DNA from: Escherichia coli
Lineage (GTDB): Bacteria; Pseudomonadota; Gammaproteobacteria; Enterobacterales; Enterobacteriaceae
DNA length: 64,000 nt
Strand: one strand, 5' to 3'
Assembly (NCBI RefSeq): GCF_024223415.1
Contig: NZ_CP100500.1
Part shown: in pieces, positions 51,920 through 63,695 of the stretch
Numbering within the stretch: position 1 is the stretch's first letter
How the letters are laid out: every line of letters starts with the position of its first letter
The notes under the pieces: generated by a model
What the model was told of the DNA's origin: nothing
The model's database searches: none
What the model saw: only the letters and a program-made list of their open reading frames with translations
Made by a program: the position numbers and the translations under genes

Positions 51920-52085
51920 GTTTCGCGTTTCCGGTCATCAAAATTAACTACACCATTGACTACACCGTGCATCGTACAAGGGCAAACCGTGACGAACAAG
52001 AGCGAACAAGTAAAACAAAATTTTCCTTTATAATCATAGCGATGAATGCACACAAAACACTACCACGAACACCCGCGAACACTAG

Positions 52086-52107
52086 ATGATAAATAACTAT
52101 CATCTAT
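52086..52107. repeat. Right attachment-site direct repeat ATGATAAATAACTATCATCTAT
   Basis: Pairs with 41616-41637. Confidence 0.6.
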
Positions 52108-52323
52108 CGTTGGCATCAGCGACATCTGTCACATTCCTGTCAATAGCGTTAACTGCTTCAAATTTTTGATTCATACCTGCCCCCTGTCCCCTGTCAAATG
52201 CTTGACGGCTCGCCCTAATTCTCTAAATTGTATTTCTAGAGTTGGCGAGGTTTTGAACAGCCCCCTCTCTGACCCCGGTTTATTCCATCTTACTTGTATA
52301 AGATTTGCGAAGGATGTCGAAGC

Positions 52324-52548
52324 ATGGAAAAGGGTACTGTTAAGTGGTTCAACAATGCCAAAGGGTTTGGTTTCATCTGCCCTGAAGGCGGCGGCGAAGA
52401 TATTTTCGCTCATTATTCCACCATTCAGATGGATGGTTACAGAACGCTAAAAGCTGGACAATCCGTTCAGTTTGATGTCCACCAGGGGCCAAAAGGCAAT
52501 CACGCCAGTGTTATTGTGCCCGTCGAAGTAGAAGCGGCAGTCGCATAG
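52324..52548 (+). CDS. cspD: Cold-shock-domain protein CspD
   Basis: MEKGTVKWFNNAKGFGFICPEGGGEDIFAHYSTIQMDGYRTLKAGQSVQFDVHQGPKGNHASVIVP matches CspD. Confidence 0.9.
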   Translation: MEKGTVKWFNNAKGFGFICPEGGGEDIFAHYSTIQMDGYRTLKAGQSVQFDVHQGPKGNHASVIVPVEVEAAVA

Positions 52549-52620
52549 CTCTTCTGTCTCATTGTGTACATCCTAAAGGCAAAATGCCAGCCCGATCGGC
52601 TGGCATTTTTATCTCAAAAA

Positions 52621-54567
52621 TTACTCTCGTGCCAGAGCATCTACTGGATCCAGTCGTGCCGCATTTCGTGCGGGTAACCAGCCAAATAAAATCCCGGTGA
52701 CCGTCGAGCAGAGAAACGCCAGCAGCAGTACCAACGGTGAAAAACCAATCTCCCAGCCGGGTAAGAAAAGCTGCAAGGTGAAAGCAATTAACAGTGACAG
52801 TGTTATTCCCAACGCGCCACCGACCAGGCAAACCAGTACGGCTTCGATCAGGAACTGTTGCAAAACATCGCTTGCTCGCGCACCTACAGCCATGCGAATG
52901 CCAATTTCCCGCGTCCGCTCGGTCACTGACACCAGCATAATATTCATTACACCAATACCGCCCACTACCAGCGAAATCACCGCCACCAGCGTCAGAAACA
53001 GTTGTAAAGTACGTGTGGTCTTTTCAACGGTTTTCAAGACGCCGTCCATGTTCCAGGTAAAGAAATCCTTCTTACCGTGGCGCAGTGAAAGTAAACGCGT
53101 GAGTTGCTGTTCCGCCTCGGCGCTGTCAAATCCTTCTTTCACCCTGACAGTAATGGAGTTCAGCCACGACTGGCCCATAACTCGCCCGGACATCGTGCTG
53201 TAAGGTAGCCAGACACGCAGCACTTTACTGCTACCAAACATCGACTGTTTTTCTTCCGCCACACCAATGACTCTGGCGGGCATATTGCCGACCAGAATCA
53301 CCTCGCCAACCACATCTGCTTTATGGGGGAAAAGCTGGCGGCGAGTATTACTGTCGAGAACCACGACCTGCGCACGACCGTTCAGCTGTTCCTGATTAAA
53401 GGTGTTTCCTTCACTGAAGGTCATGCCATAGACATTAAAATAATCGCCGCTCACGCCATTGGCACTGGCAGCAACATCAACATTGTTGTAACGCAGGCGC
53501 AGGTTTTGCGAGACGGCAGGTGTGGCTGAAGCGACCCACGGTTGTTTTTGGATGGCGATTAAGTCATCGTACTTCAGCGCCTGCTGATATTGCGGATCGT
53601 CATCGCCAAAATCTTTCCCGGGATAGACATCAATAGTATTCGTACCAATAGAACGAATATCCGCCAACACCATTTGTTTGGCGGCGTCGCCCACCACGAC
53701 AATGGAAACCACCGACGCAATACCGATTATAATCCCCAGCATGGTCAGTAAAGTACGCATTTTATTCGCTGCCAGCGCCCGCCATGCCATCGTCAGCGCC
53801 TCGTTAAAACCGCTGACAAACTGCCGCCAGCCAGACACCGTGTTGACAACAGGTTCCGTCCCGCCAGCAACATTCACTTTTTCAATGGCGGGAGGATTGC
53901 GCACAATTTCGCCGTCGCGAATTTCGATCACCCGCTCGGCCTGAGCAGCGACCTGCGGATCGTGGGTGACGATAATCACCGTATGTCCGCGATCGCGCAG
54001 CTGATGCAGGATCGCCATCACCTCTTCGCCAGAATGGCTGTCCAGTGCGCCGGTTGGTTCATCGGCAAGAATTACCTGACCGCCGTTCATCAATGCCCGC
54101 GCGATGCTGACGCGCTGTTGCTGACCGCCCGAAAGCTGTGCCGGATAATACTCTGTACGGTCTTCCAGCCCCAGCCGTTGCAGCAACTCCTGGGCGCGAA
54201 GCAGCCGCTGTTTCCGCTCAAGACCGGCATAGACGGCGGGTACTTCAACGTTCTGCTCGGCGGTTAAATGCGAAAGCAAATGGTAACGCTGGAAAATAAA
54301 GCCGAAATGCTCGCGGCGCAGTTGCGCCAGCGCATCGGCGTCCAGCGTGGCAACATCCTGACCGGCGACGCGATAGGTGCCGCTGGTGGCCTTATCCAGA
54401 CAGCCGAGAATATTCATCAGGGTCGATTTACCGGAACCCGAAGCGCCAACAATCGCCACCATCTCACCAGCATAAATATCGAGGGTGATGCCCTTCAGCA
54501 CCTCAACCTGCTCATCACCGGCAGGATAGCTGCGACGAATATCCTTTAATTCGAGCAAAGGCGTCAT
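52621..54567 (-). CDS. macB: Macrolide export ABC transporter ATP-binding/permease MacB
   Basis: 648 aa matching E. coli MacB as recalled; Walker [13 protein letters not shown] signature LSGGQQQR. Confidence 0.95.
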   Translation of the reverse strand: MTPLLELKDIRRSYPAGDEQVEVLKGITLDIYAGEMVAIVGASGSGKSTLMNILGCLDKATSGTYRVAGQDVATLDADALAQLRREHFGFIFQRYHLLSHLTAEQNVEVPAVYAGLERKQRLLRAQELLQRLGLEDRTEYYPAQLSGGQQQRVSIARALMNGGQVILADEPTGALDSHSGEEVMAILHQLRDRGHTVIIVTHDPQVAAQAERVIEIRDGEIVRNPPAIEKVNVAGGTEPVVNTVSGWRQFVSGFNEALTMAWRALAANKMRTLLTMLGIIIGIASVVSIVVVGDAAKQMVLADIRSIGTNTIDVYPGKDFGDDDPQYQQALKYDDLIAIQKQPWVASATPAVSQNLRLRYNNVDVAASANGVSGDYFNVYGMTFSEGNTFNQEQLNGRAQVVVLDSNTRRQLFPHKADVVGEVILVGNMPARVIGVAEEKQSMFGSSKVLRVWLPYSTMSGRVMGQSWLNSITVRVKEGFDSAEAEQQLTRLLSLRHGKKDFFTWNMDGVLKTVEKTTRTLQLFLTLVAVISLVVGGIGVMNIMLVSVTERTREIGIRMAVGARASDVLQQFLIEAVLVCLVGGALGITLSLLIAFTLQLFLPGWEIGFSPLVLLLAFLCSTVTGILFGWLPARNAARLDPVDALARE

Positions 54568-55679
54568 TGTGCAGCTCCTGGTTTGGCCTCACCAATCACC
54601 ACTTCATCGCCCGCTTCCAGCCCTTTGACAATCTCAACATCGGTATCGTTACGTGCGCCAATCGTCACTTCACGCTCACGTGTTTCACCATTACGCAACA
54701 ATTTGACTTTATAACGATTATCGCCAACCGGATCGCCTAACGCCGACAGAGGGATCGTCAGCACATTTTTCACATCGGTGAGCTGAATATGCACTTGCGC
54801 AGTCATATCCAGCCGCAGCAAACCATTGGGGTTGGGGACTTCAAAACGGGCGTAATAGAAAATAGCGTCGTTAACCTTTTCCGGCGTCGGTAGTACATCC
54901 TTGATTTGCCCCTCGTAGCGCGTCAGTGGATCGCCAAGTACCGTAAACCAGGCTTTTTGCCCCGGCTTCAGGTGGATTACATCCGCTTCAGAAACCTGCG
55001 CTTTTACCAGCATGGTGCTCATATCTGCCAGCGTCAGAATGTTCGGTGCTTGTTGTGCGGCAATCACCGTCTGGCCTTGCAGAGTGGTGATTTGCGTGAC
55101 TTCCCCGGCCATCGGGGCAACGATGCGAGTGTAATCGAGATTGGTTTTAGCCGTATCGAGAGAAGCCTGATTGCGCTTGATTTGCGCGTCAATGGTGCCA
55201 ATTTGCGCCTGTTTCACAGCCATCTCCGTCGCGGCGGTGTCGAGATCCTGCTGTGAAACCGCCTGCGTTTGTGCCAGACGTTGCTGACGGGAATACGTCA
55301 CCCGCGCCAGTTTCAGCTCCGCTTCCGCCTGCTGCCGCTGCGCGCGTAGCTCCATCAGCGTTGCTTCGACCTCCTTGATCTGGTTTTCAGCCTGTTCAGG
55401 ATCAATGGCCCCTAAAAGCTGGTCTTTTTTTACTTTATCGCCAATCGCCACCGACAGCGTTTTCAACTGACCGCTGACCTGCGCGCCCACATCAACCTTA
55501 CGCAGCGCGTCCAGCTTTCCGGTCGCCAGCACGCTTTGCTGTAAATCACCGGGGCGCACAATCAGTGTCTGATAAGTCGGCACGGGTGCGTTAAGAATTC
55601 TCCATAACGTAATCAGTCCGGCGATGACTATCACCAGCGCAATAACGTAACGCTTCTTCACGGTTTTCCGCTTTTTCAT
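54564..55679 (-). CDS. macA: Macrolide efflux periplasmic adaptor MacA
   Basis: [26 protein letters not shown]… matches MacA; overlaps macB. Confidence 0.95.
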   Translation of the reverse strand: MKKRKTVKKRYVIALVIVIAGLITLWRILNAPVPTYQTLIVRPGDLQQSVLATGKLDALRKVDVGAQVSGQLKTLSVAIGDKVKKDQLLGAIDPEQAENQIKEVEATLMELRAQRQQAEAELKLARVTYSRQQRLAQTQAVSQQDLDTAATEMAVKQAQIGTIDAQIKRNQASLDTAKTNLDYTRIVAPMAGEVTQITTLQGQTVIAAQQAPNILTLADMSTMLVKAQVSEADVIHLKPGQKAWFTVLGDPLTRYEGQIKDVLPTPEKVNDAIFYYARFEVPNPNGLLRLDMTAQVHIQLTDVKNVLTIPLSALGDPVGDNRYKVKLLRNGETREREVTIGARNDTDVEIVKGLEAGDEVVIGEAKPGAAQ

Positions 55680-55793
55680 AAATATTCTGAATACTCCATA
55701 TGCCAATCCGGGTCATTAACTTCAACGAAATATCAACAAAACCCTAAAATTTACGTTAGTAATCACACTATTGATGTTTGGTTAAGATACGCA

Positions 55794-56786
55794 ATGGTGA
55801 AATCGACGTCATGTACAACCATTGATTTCATGAATATGTCGCAGCTAACTGAACGGACCTTTACGCCATCTGAATCTCTCAGCAGCCTGTCACTTTTTCT
55901 TAGTCTGGCACGTGGACAGTGTCGGCCGGGTAAATTCTGGCATCGCCGTAGTTTTCGCCAGAAATTTTTGCTGCGCTCGTTGATTATGCCGCGTTTAAGC
56001 GTTGAGTGGATGAACGAACTTTCCCACTGGCCTAATCTCAATGTGTTGTTAACGCGCCAGCCGCGACTGCCTGTACGTCTGCATCGCCCTTACCTTGCGG
56101 CGAATCTTAGCCGTAAGCAATTGCTGGAGGCGTTACGTTACCATTATGCGTTACTCCGCGGGTGTATGTCGGCGGAAGAATTCAGCTTATATTTGAATAC
56201 CCCCGGGCTGCAACTGGCGAAGCTGGAAGGCAAAAACGGCGAGCAGTTCACGCTTGAGCTGACCATGATGATCTCAATGGATAAAGAAGGTGACAGCACA
56301 ATCCTGTTCCGCAACAGCGAAGGTATTCCTCTGGCAGAAATCACGTTTACCCTGTGTGAATATCAGGGGAAAAGAACGATGTTTATTGGAGGACTGCAAG
56401 GCGCAAAATGGGAAATTCCACATCAGGAAATCCAGAATGCGACGAAAGCCTGCCACGGGCTATTTCCCAAACGCCTCGTGATGGAAGCGGCCTGTCTGTT
56501 TGCCCAACGTTTGCAGGTAGAGCAGATTATTGCCGTCAGCAATGAAACGCATATTTACCGCAGCCTGCGTTATCGCGATAAAGAAGGCAAGATCCATGCC
56601 GATTACAACGCTTTCTGGGAATCGGTTGGCGGCGTATGTGATGCTGAACGCCATTACCGCCTTCCAGCACAGATAGCACGAAAAGAGATTGCCGAAATCG
56701 CCAGTAAAAAACGGGCTGAATACCGTCGGCGCTATGAGATGCTCGACGCTATTCAGCCACAAATGGCCACGATGTTTCGCGGTTAA
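55794..56786 (+). CDS. ybjX: VirK/YbjX-family protein (DUF535)
   Basis: Position between macA and ybjD as in E. coli; 330 aa. Confidence 0.75.
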   Translation: MVKSTSCTTIDFMNMSQLTERTFTPSESLSSLSLFLSLARGQCRPGKFWHRRSFRQKFLLRSLIMPRLSVEWMNELSHWPNLNVLLTRQPRLPVRLHRPYLAANLSRKQLLEALRYHYALLRGCMSAEEFSLYLNTPGLQLAKLEGKNGEQFTLELTMMISMDKEGDSTILFRNSEGIPLAEITFTLCEYQGKRTMFIGGLQGAKWEIPHQEIQNATKACHGLFPKRLVMEAACLFAQRLQVEQIIAVSNETHIYRSLRYRDKEGKIHADYNAFWESVGGVCDAERHYRLPAQIARKEIAEIASKKRAEYRRRYEMLDAIQPQMATMFRG

Positions 56787-58441
56787 TCCGCGCGACCGCG
56801 CGCCAGCCACAGCACGCGTGAGAACATTTTTTTCAGCAGCGTCGGTACGGAGTCCACACCACGACGTCCGGCCTCCATTGCCACTTCAATGGCAAGATCG
56901 GGTTTGGAAGAGCGATGGATCGCTTTCGAGATAATTTTGCGCAGATTCATCGGGACATTTTCCGGGATTTGCGCCACGCGGTGGAACACATCGGAAAATC
57001 CCTGGCGATACATAAAATGTTCCATATCCAGCGCCGGTAACGCCGTTAAATGTTCTCGTTCGGCTTCCCGATCATTATTCAACAGGCTGCGTACCGTAGC
57101 GGCATATTTCTTCCCTGCTTCATCGCCATCGACCAGTACATGCCATTCAATCCCCATTCGGCGGGCAAATTTAACCAGTGGCTTTAGCCCGGACTGGGCA
57201 AACTCAATGACCTTGATCCCTTCGGCATCAAAATGATGTCCGCACTGACGCGCCAGTTCATTGATAACCCAGGTTTCCGTTTCCCCTTCCACCAGCAACC
57301 AGCAGCGAGCAAACAGCGATGACGGACGATTAAAACGAATGTGAAAAGAGATGCGGCGGCTGTCTTCGGTGCTCAAGCCACTTGGCCCCAGACGCCAGGC
57401 GGCAACACGAGAAGATTCACGCACCAGGCGGCAAACATGTTCCACTGGAGTTAACGAAAGCAGCTCGCCAGAGTTGGTGGTAGCAATACGTTGTAAAGGC
57501 AAAAGATTCAACAGATGCCAGGCAACTGAAAGCATAATGGGGTGTAAACGCGTTTCTGGATCTTCGATCAGCAACAATGGACGGGCGTCTTTATCCAGTC
57601 GCAATGTGCCTTTTGCCTGCAATAAAGTAGCAAACAGGCCGAGCAAAATAACCCGATACGAGCGCCCTCCAGGTCGGTCAATCATCCGGTTGATGATGTC
57701 CAGATAGCGCCAGCTTCGTTGCTCATTGCTGGCCCGCCGCCGCATTAAACGATATCGCGCCTGTCCAGCCCCCTGCTCAGAGAAATAATGCTCAAGCAAC
57801 TGCACCATTGCGGAAAGTCCCTGACGAATCTGTCCATCAGAGAGATTTTGCGGATGTGAGGACAACTCACGGGCGAGGAAATCGAGCTGGCGCGCGGTGA
57901 CTTCCACATTGGGGACATTTGGCACCGTGCCGTTACGAATACGGCGCATAAAACGGGCATCACGCAAGCGCAGCACCGGCATTAAACGCACCAGATGGCG
58001 TGCCTGATCGTTAATATCCTCAACATCAATCGGATGTCCGTCTTTATCGAGAAAACTGCGCAGTGTCATCACGCTGCCGTCTTCCGCACTCTCCCCTTCC
58101 AGACGATAAAAAATACGGTGATAGCCATCGGTGCATGGCGTCCAGCACGCTTCCAGCGGCCGATAACGGCGAACCCGATGTCGGCCTGGCAGCGATTCGC
58201 GGAAGGTCAAAATAATATGCAGATGATGTTCTCGCCCGTTGATATCTCCCGGCGGGAACCAGAAATCGTCGCGCTCAAAATGGTAGAGATCTGATTCTGG
58301 CGATAGCAGCAGGGTTAAGGCGTCCAACAAGCTGGATTTACCCCACGCGTTCTCCCCAATCAGGACGTTGTTTTGTTCCAGCATCAACGACAAACGGTTG
58401 ATACCGCGAAAACCCACAATTTCAACGCGCTCAAGAATCAT
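56783..58441 (-). CDS. ybjD: OLD-family ATP-dependent endonuclease YbjD
   Basis: N-terminal ABC-type ATPase (GENAWGKSSLLDAL) with C-terminal Toprim-like region; matches YbjD. Confidence 0.9.
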   Translation of the reverse strand: MILERVEIVGFRGINRLSLMLEQNNVLIGENAWGKSSLLDALTLLLSPESDLYHFERDDFWFPPGDINGREHHLHIILTFRESLPGRHRVRRYRPLEACWTPCTDGYHRIFYRLEGESAEDGSVMTLRSFLDKDGHPIDVEDINDQARHLVRLMPVLRLRDARFMRRIRNGTVPNVPNVEVTARQLDFLARELSSHPQNLSDGQIRQGLSAMVQLLEHYFSEQGAGQARYRLMRRRASNEQRSWRYLDIINRMIDRPGGRSYRVILLGLFATLLQAKGTLRLDKDARPLLLIEDPETRLHPIMLSVAWHLLNLLPLQRIATTNSGELLSLTPVEHVCRLVRESSRVAAWRLGPSGLSTEDSRRISFHIRFNRPSSLFARCWLLVEGETETWVINELARQCGHHFDAEGIKVIEFAQSGLKPLVKFARRMGIEWHVLVDGDEAGKKYAATVRSLLNNDREAEREHLTALPALDMEHFMYRQGFSDVFHRVAQIPENVPMNLRKIISKAIHRSSKPDLAIEVAMEAGRRGVDSVPTLLKKMFSRVLWLARGRAD

Positions 58442-58866
58442 ATCCCCTCCAGAAATATGTGACTTATCCTTTACGCTGGCAGTATAACGGGAAAGGCCTT
58501 GCTAATACGTGATGACATCACATTTAAGCATGGCAAATGTCTGAAAAATGAGCGAATAATCGCGTTATACTCCCTCTTGCTGATAAGTCTGCAAAAACAA
58601 CAAAATCAAATAATTAGCATGATAAATTATTTTTTATTACGCCTAAAGGATTAAATCTTTTGCTTGCACTACACTGTCAATCAGACAAATGACTATATGG
58701 GGCAACCCGCTGTTGCCCTAAATCAAATTTACTGGATTTATTTATCTGGTGAATGACTCGCCTTCGTTTTTAAAATAGCCGCGCATTATTTCCGTCGTCA
58801 CTTTTTTACGACGACCCTATAAAACGACCATATTTTTCACAGGGTCAATTTTTAATTGAGGTGGAT

Positions 58867-59562
58867 ATGTTCAGAAAATTAGCAGCTGAATGTTTTGGTA
58901 CTTTCTGGCTTGTTTTTGGTGGCTGTGGTAGTGCTGTACTGGCCGCAGGCTTCCCGGAATTAGGCATTGGTTTTGCCGGCGTGGCGCTGGCATTCGGTTT
59001 GACCGTTCTGACGATGGCCTTTGCTGTTGGTCATATTTCTGGTGGTCATTTTAACCCGGCGGTCACTATTGGTTTATGGGCTGGCGGACGTTTTCCGGCA
59101 AAAGAAGTCGTTGGCTACGTAATTGCCCAGGTTGTCGGCGGTATTGTTGCAGCGGCGCTGCTGTATTTAATTGCCAGTGGTAAAACGGGTTTTGACGCGG
59201 CAGCCAGCGGTTTTGCTTCTAACGGTTATGGCGAGCATTCACCAGGCGGTTATTCCATGCTTTCCGCGCTGGTAGTTGAACTGGTATTGAGTGCAGGTTT
59301 CCTGTTGGTGATCCACGGCGCAACCGACAAATTCGCTCCGGCAGGTTTTGCGCCGATCGCTATTGGTCTGGCCTTAACCCTGATTCACTTAATCAGTATT
59401 CCGGTGACTAACACTTCTGTTAACCCGGCGCGCAGCACCGCGGTTGCCATCTTCCAGGGCGGCTGGGCATTAGAACAACTGTGGTTCTTCTGGGTGGTGC
59501 CAATTGTCGGCGGCATTATCGGTGGTCTGATTTACCGGACCCTGCTGGAAAAACGTAATTAA
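58867..59562 (+). CDS. aqpZ: Aquaporin Z
   Basis: Two NPA motifs ([14 protein letters not shown]); matches AqpZ. Confidence 0.95.
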   Translation: MFRKLAAECFGTFWLVFGGCGSAVLAAGFPELGIGFAGVALAFGLTVLTMAFAVGHISGGHFNPAVTIGLWAGGRFPAKEVVGYVIAQVVGGIVAAALLYLIASGKTGFDAAASGFASNGYGEHSPGGYSMLSALVVELVLSAGFLLVIHGATDKFAPAGFAPIAIGLALTLIHLISIPVTNTSVNPARSTAVAIFQGGWALEQLWFFWVVPIVGGIIGGLIYRTLLEKRN

Positions 59563-60019
59563 TTAGCATTGGCATTTTATCTGCCCTGGTTGTTTTATCT
59601 TCGACGTTACAAACCGCACGGGTGTTGGTGGCGTCAAAATCGCTGAAGCGTTCCCCGAAGGCCGGGGCAGCCCACATGGATGTGGGCTGAGGGCGCGTCT
59701 TACAGGACGTTACCTCGCGCCCGACCCGGTAGCAGAAGGGGATAAGCTGAAGGTACCGCGCAGCGGCGATTTTTTTCGCCAGAGCCCGGGGGGGCAGGGG
59801 GCGGCGGCGACTGGCCGCCCCCTGCGCGCTCCCTGCGCCAGTGGCTTTATATGGCATTGCACATGAAAGGAGCGCAACAATGCTAAACACTCATATAGAA
59901 TTAAAAATCCCCCTCTGATGCATAACATTTCCTTTTAATTGCAACTTTACTCGTCCTTCCGCTTTCAGTAGTGTGACATCGCGCATTTCGACTTCTTTCT
60001 TTGCAAGGGCTGGGTTTTC

Positions 60020-60919
60020 ATGTTTTCTGGGCTGTTAATCATTCTGGTTCCCCTGATTGTGGGTTACCTCATTCCGCTTCGCCAAAAAGCTGCATTAAGA
60101 GTTATTAATCAGCTATTAAGCTGGATGGTTTACCTTATTCTCTTTTTTATGGGTATCAGTCTGGCGTTTCTCGATAACCTCGCCAGTAACCTGTTGGCGA
60201 TTCTGCATTATTCTGCCGTCAGTATTACCGTTATTTTACTGTGTAATATTGCCGCCCTTATGTGGCTGGAGCGCGGTCTGCCGTGGCGCAACCACCATCA
60301 GCAAGAAAAACTCCCGTCGCGTATTGCGATGGCGCTTGAGTCGCTAAAACTGTGCGGCGTAGTAGTGATTGGTTTTGCCATTGGCCTGAGTGGACTGGCT
60401 TTCTTACAACACGCGACCGAAGCCAGTGAATACACCTTAATTCTGCTACTTTTCCTCGTCGGTATTCAGTTGCGCAATAATGGCATGACCTTAAAGCAGA
60501 TTGTCCTTAATCGCCGGGGAATGATTGTCGCCGTGGTGGTGGTTGCCAGTTCATTAATTGGTGGTTTAATTAACGCCTTTATTCTTGATCTACCCATCAA
60601 TACCGCGCTGGCAATGGCCTCTGGTTTCGGCTGGTATTCTCTTTCCGGTATTTTATTGACCGAATCTTTTGGTCCGGTAATCGGGAGCGCGGCGTTTTTT
60701 AATGATCTGGCCCGTGAGCTGATTGCAATTATGTTGATCCCTGGGCTGATTCGCCGCAGCCGCTCTACCGCACTGGGCTTATGCGGTGCGACGTCGATGG
60801 ATTTCACCCTGCCCGTTCTTCAACGTACTGGCGGGCTGGATATGGTCCCGGCGGCAATTGTTCACGGTTTTATTCTTAGCCTGTTAGTGCCGATCCTCAT
60901 GGCCTTTTTCTCTGCGTAA
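60020..60919 (+). CDS. lysO: Lysine exporter LysO (YbjE)
   Basis: 299-aa polytopic membrane protein in the conserved aqpZ-ybjE-hcp position. Confidence 0.85.
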   Translation: MFSGLLIILVPLIVGYLIPLRQKAALRVINQLLSWMVYLILFFMGISLAFLDNLASNLLAILHYSAVSITVILLCNIAALMWLERGLPWRNHHQQEKLPSRIAMALESLKLCGVVVIGFAIGLSGLAFLQHATEASEYTLILLLFLVGIQLRNNGMTLKQIVLNRRGMIVAVVVVASSLIGGLINAFILDLPINTALAMASGFGWYSLSGILLTESFGPVIGSAAFFNDLARELIAIMLIPGLIRRSRSTALGLCGATSMDFTLPVLQRTGGLDMVPAAIVHGFILSLLVPILMAFFSA

Positions 60920-61062
60920 TACCTCTCTGGCGGTAGATCCCTGCCGCCAAAATTGCGCTAAATCAATCTCCCTTAAAGTTGCATGAAAAATCCCTTTTAT
61001 CCCCGCGTTAAGCGTCTTAACCTTAAACATGTATATTAAATATAACTTTAAAAGGTGTGATC

Positions 61063-62715
61063 ATGTTTTGTGTGCAATGTGAACAAACTATCCGTACTCC
61101 GGCAGGAAACGGCTGCTCATACGCGCAGGGGATGTGTGGTAAAACGGCGGAAACCTCTGACCTTCAGGATTTACTCATCGCGGCGCTGCAAGGGCTTTCT
61201 GCCTGGGCGGTAAAAGCGCGTGAATACGGCATCATCAACCACGATGTCGACAGCTTCGCGCCACGCGCCTTTTTCTCAACCCTGACCAACGTTAACTTCG
61301 ATTCTCCGCGTATTGTCGGCTACGCTCGTGAAGCGATTGCCTTGCGCGAGGCGCTGAAAGCACAATGCCTGGCTGTAGATGCCAACGCCCGCGTCGATAA
61401 CCCGATGGCTGACCTGCAACTGGTGAGCGACGATCTCGGCGAACTGCAACGTCAGGCAGCAGAATTTACCCCTAACAAAGATAAAGCGGCGATTGGCGAA
61501 AACATTCTCGGCCTGCGTCTGCTGTGCCTGTATGGCCTGAAAGGTGCGGCGGCCTATATGGAACACGCACACGTTCTCGGTCAATACGACAACGATATTT
61601 ATGCCCAGTATCATAAAATCATGGCGTGGCTGGGGACCTGGCCTGCCGATATGAACGCGCTTCTTGAGTGTTCAATGGAAATCGGCCAGATGAACTTCAA
61701 AGTGATGAGCATTCTGGATGCAGGCGAAACCGGTAAATACGGTCACCCGACGCCAACCCAGGTCAACGTCAAAGCGACGGCGGGTAAATGCATCCTGATT
61801 TCCGGTCACGATCTCAAAGATCTCTACAACCTGCTGGAACAGACCGAAGGCACGGGCGTTAATGTCTACACCCACGGCGAAATGCTGCCTGCGCATGGCT
61901 ACCCGGAGCTGCGTAAATTCAAGCATCTGGTCGGTAACTACGGCAGCGGCTGGCAGAATCAGCAAGTGGAGTTCGCTCGTTTCCCTGGCCCCATCGTGAT
62001 GACCTCGAACTGCATCATCGACCCAACCGTAGGCGCTTATGACGATCGTATCTGGACCCGCAGCATCGTTGGCTGGCCTGGCGTGCGTCATCTGGATGGC
62101 GAAGATTTCTCTGAGGTCATCGCCCAGGCGCAACAAATGGCGGGCTTCCCGTACAGCGAAATTCCGCACCTGATCACCGTGGGCTTTGGCCGCCAGACGC
62201 TGCTTGGCGCAGCGGATACGCTGATTGATCTGGTGAGCCGTGAAAAACTGCGTCATATCTTCCTGCTTGGTGGCTGTGACGGCGCACGCGGCGAACGTCA
62301 CTACTTCACCGATTTCGCCACCAGCGTGCCGGATGACTGCCTGATCCTGACTCTCGCCTGTGGTAAATATCGCTTTAACAAACTTGAGTTTGGCGATATC
62401 GAAGGTCTGCCTCGTCTGGTGGATGCCGGTCAGTGTAACGATGCTTACTCAGCAATTATTCTGGCGGTTACGCTGGCAGAAAAACTGGGCTGCGGTGTCA
62501 ACGATCTGCCGCTGTCGCTGGTGCTCTCCTGGTTTGAACAGAAAGCGATTGTCATTCTGCTGACGCTGCTTTCTCTGGGCGTGAAAAATATCGTCACCGG
62601 CCCGACTGCACCTGGTTTCCTGACACCAGATCTGCTGGCGGTGCTGAACGAGAAATTCGGCCTGCGTTCTATCACCACTGTTGAAGAAGACATGAAGCAA
62701 CTGTTGAGCGCGTAA
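61063..62715 (+). CDS. hcp: Hybrid-cluster protein (hydroxylamine reductase) Hcp
   Basis: N-terminal Cys cluster MFCVQCEQT…[11 protein letters not shown]; matches Hcp. Confidence 0.95.
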   Translation: MFCVQCEQTIRTPAGNGCSYAQGMCGKTAETSDLQDLLIAALQGLSAWAVKAREYGIINHDVDSFAPRAFFSTLTNVNFDSPRIVGYAREAIALREALKAQCLAVDANARVDNPMADLQLVSDDLGELQRQAAEFTPNKDKAAIGENILGLRLLCLYGLKGAAAYMEHAHVLGQYDNDIYAQYHKIMAWLGTWPADMNALLECSMEIGQMNFKVMSILDAGETGKYGHPTPTQVNVKATAGKCILISGHDLKDLYNLLEQTEGTGVNVYTHGEMLPAHGYPELRKFKHLVGNYGSGWQNQQVEFARFPGPIVMTSNCIIDPTVGAYDDRIWTRSIVGWPGVRHLDGEDFSEVIAQAQQMAGFPYSEIPHLITVGFGRQTLLGAADTLIDLVSREKLRHIFLLGGCDGARGERHYFTDFATSVPDDCLILTLACGKYRFNKLEFGDIEGLPRLVDAGQCNDAYSAIILAVTLAEKLGCGVNDLPLSLVLSWFEQKAIVILLTLLSLGVKNIVTGPTAPGFLTPDLLAVLNEKFGLRSITTVEEDMKQLLSA

Positions 62716-62726
62716 GGAGTTAGCAG

Positions 62727-63695
62727 ATGACGATGCCAACGAATCAATGCCCGTGGCGGATGCAGGTTCATCACATTAAGCAAGAAACGCCGGATGTGTG
62801 GACGATTTCCCTGATTTGCCACGATTACTACCCATATCGCGCCGGGCAATATGCACTGGTCAGCGTGCGAAACTCAGCGGAAACGCTGCGTGCTTACACC
62901 ATTTCCTCCACGCCAGGAGTGAGTGAATATATCACCCTGACCGTGCGGCGGATTGATGACGGTGTAGGCTCCCAGTGGCTGACGCGCGATGTAAAACGCG
63001 GTGATTATCTCTGGCTTTCGGACGCGATGGGGGAATTTACCTGCGACGATAAAGCAGAAGATAAATTCCTGTTGCTGGCGGCAGGCTGCGGCGTCACGCC
63101 GATTATGTCGATGCGTCGCTGGCTGGCGAAGAACCGTCCACAGGCCGATGTACAGGTGATCTACAACGTGCGTACGCCGCAGGATGTTATTTTCGCCGAT
63201 GAGTGGCGTAACTATCCGGTAACGCTGGTGGCGGAAAATAACGTTACCGAAGGCTTTATCACTGGTCGTCTCACTCGCGAACTCCTGACTCGCGTTCCTG
63301 ACTTAGCTTCACGTACCGTGATGACCTGCGGCCCGGCTCCGTATATGGATTGGGTAGAGCAGGAAGTGAAAGCGCTCGGCGTGACGCGTTTCTTTAAAGA
63401 GAAATTCTTCACCCCAGTAGCGGAAGCGGCGACCAGCGGTCTGAAATTCACCAAACTGCAACCGGCGCAAGAATTTTACGCTCCGGTTGGCACCACGCTG
63501 CTGGAGGCGCTGGAAAGCAATAAAGTTCCGGTTGTCGCCGCCTGCCGCGCGGGTGTTTGCGGCTGCTGTAAGACGAAAGTGGTTTCCGGTGAATATACGG
63601 TGAGCAGTACAATGACGCTGACCGACGCCGAAATCGCTGAAGGTTACGTACTGGCCTGCTCCTGCCATCCGCAGGGGGATTTGGTTCTCGCATAA
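62727..63695 (+). CDS. hcr: NADH oxidoreductase Hcr (FAD/2Fe-2S partner of Hcp)
   Basis: Flavin reductase-like N-terminus and C-terminal 2Fe-2S motif CRAGVCGCC. Confidence 0.95.
   Translation: MTMPTNQCPWRMQVHHIKQETPDVWTISLICHDYYPYRAGQYALVSVRNSAETLRAYTISSTPGVSEYITLTVRRIDDGVGSQWLTRDVKRGDYLWLSDAMGEFTCDDKAEDKFLLLAAGCGVTPIMSMRRWLAKNRPQADVQVIYNVRTPQDVIFADEWRNYPVTLVAENNVTEGFITGRLTRELLTRVPDLASRTVMTCGPAPYMDWVEQEVKALGVTRFFKEKFFTPVAEAATSGLKFTKLQPAQEFYAPVGTTLLEALESNKVPVVAACRAGVCGCCKTKVVSGEYTVSSTMTLTDAEIAEGYVLACSCHPQGDLVLA

Larger units (their letters stand above)
41616..52107 (-). mobile_element. PICI-like satellite (cos-type phage-inducible chromosomal island) between clpS and cspD
   Basis: Bounded by 22-bp direct repeats; contains int, alpA, replication protein with iterons, ssb, perC, lambda-like cos and a Nu1-like terminase homologue. 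Confidence 0.7.

Noticed and set aside
53962-54549. Plus-strand ORFs of 93-101 aa
   Set aside because: Antisense within macB
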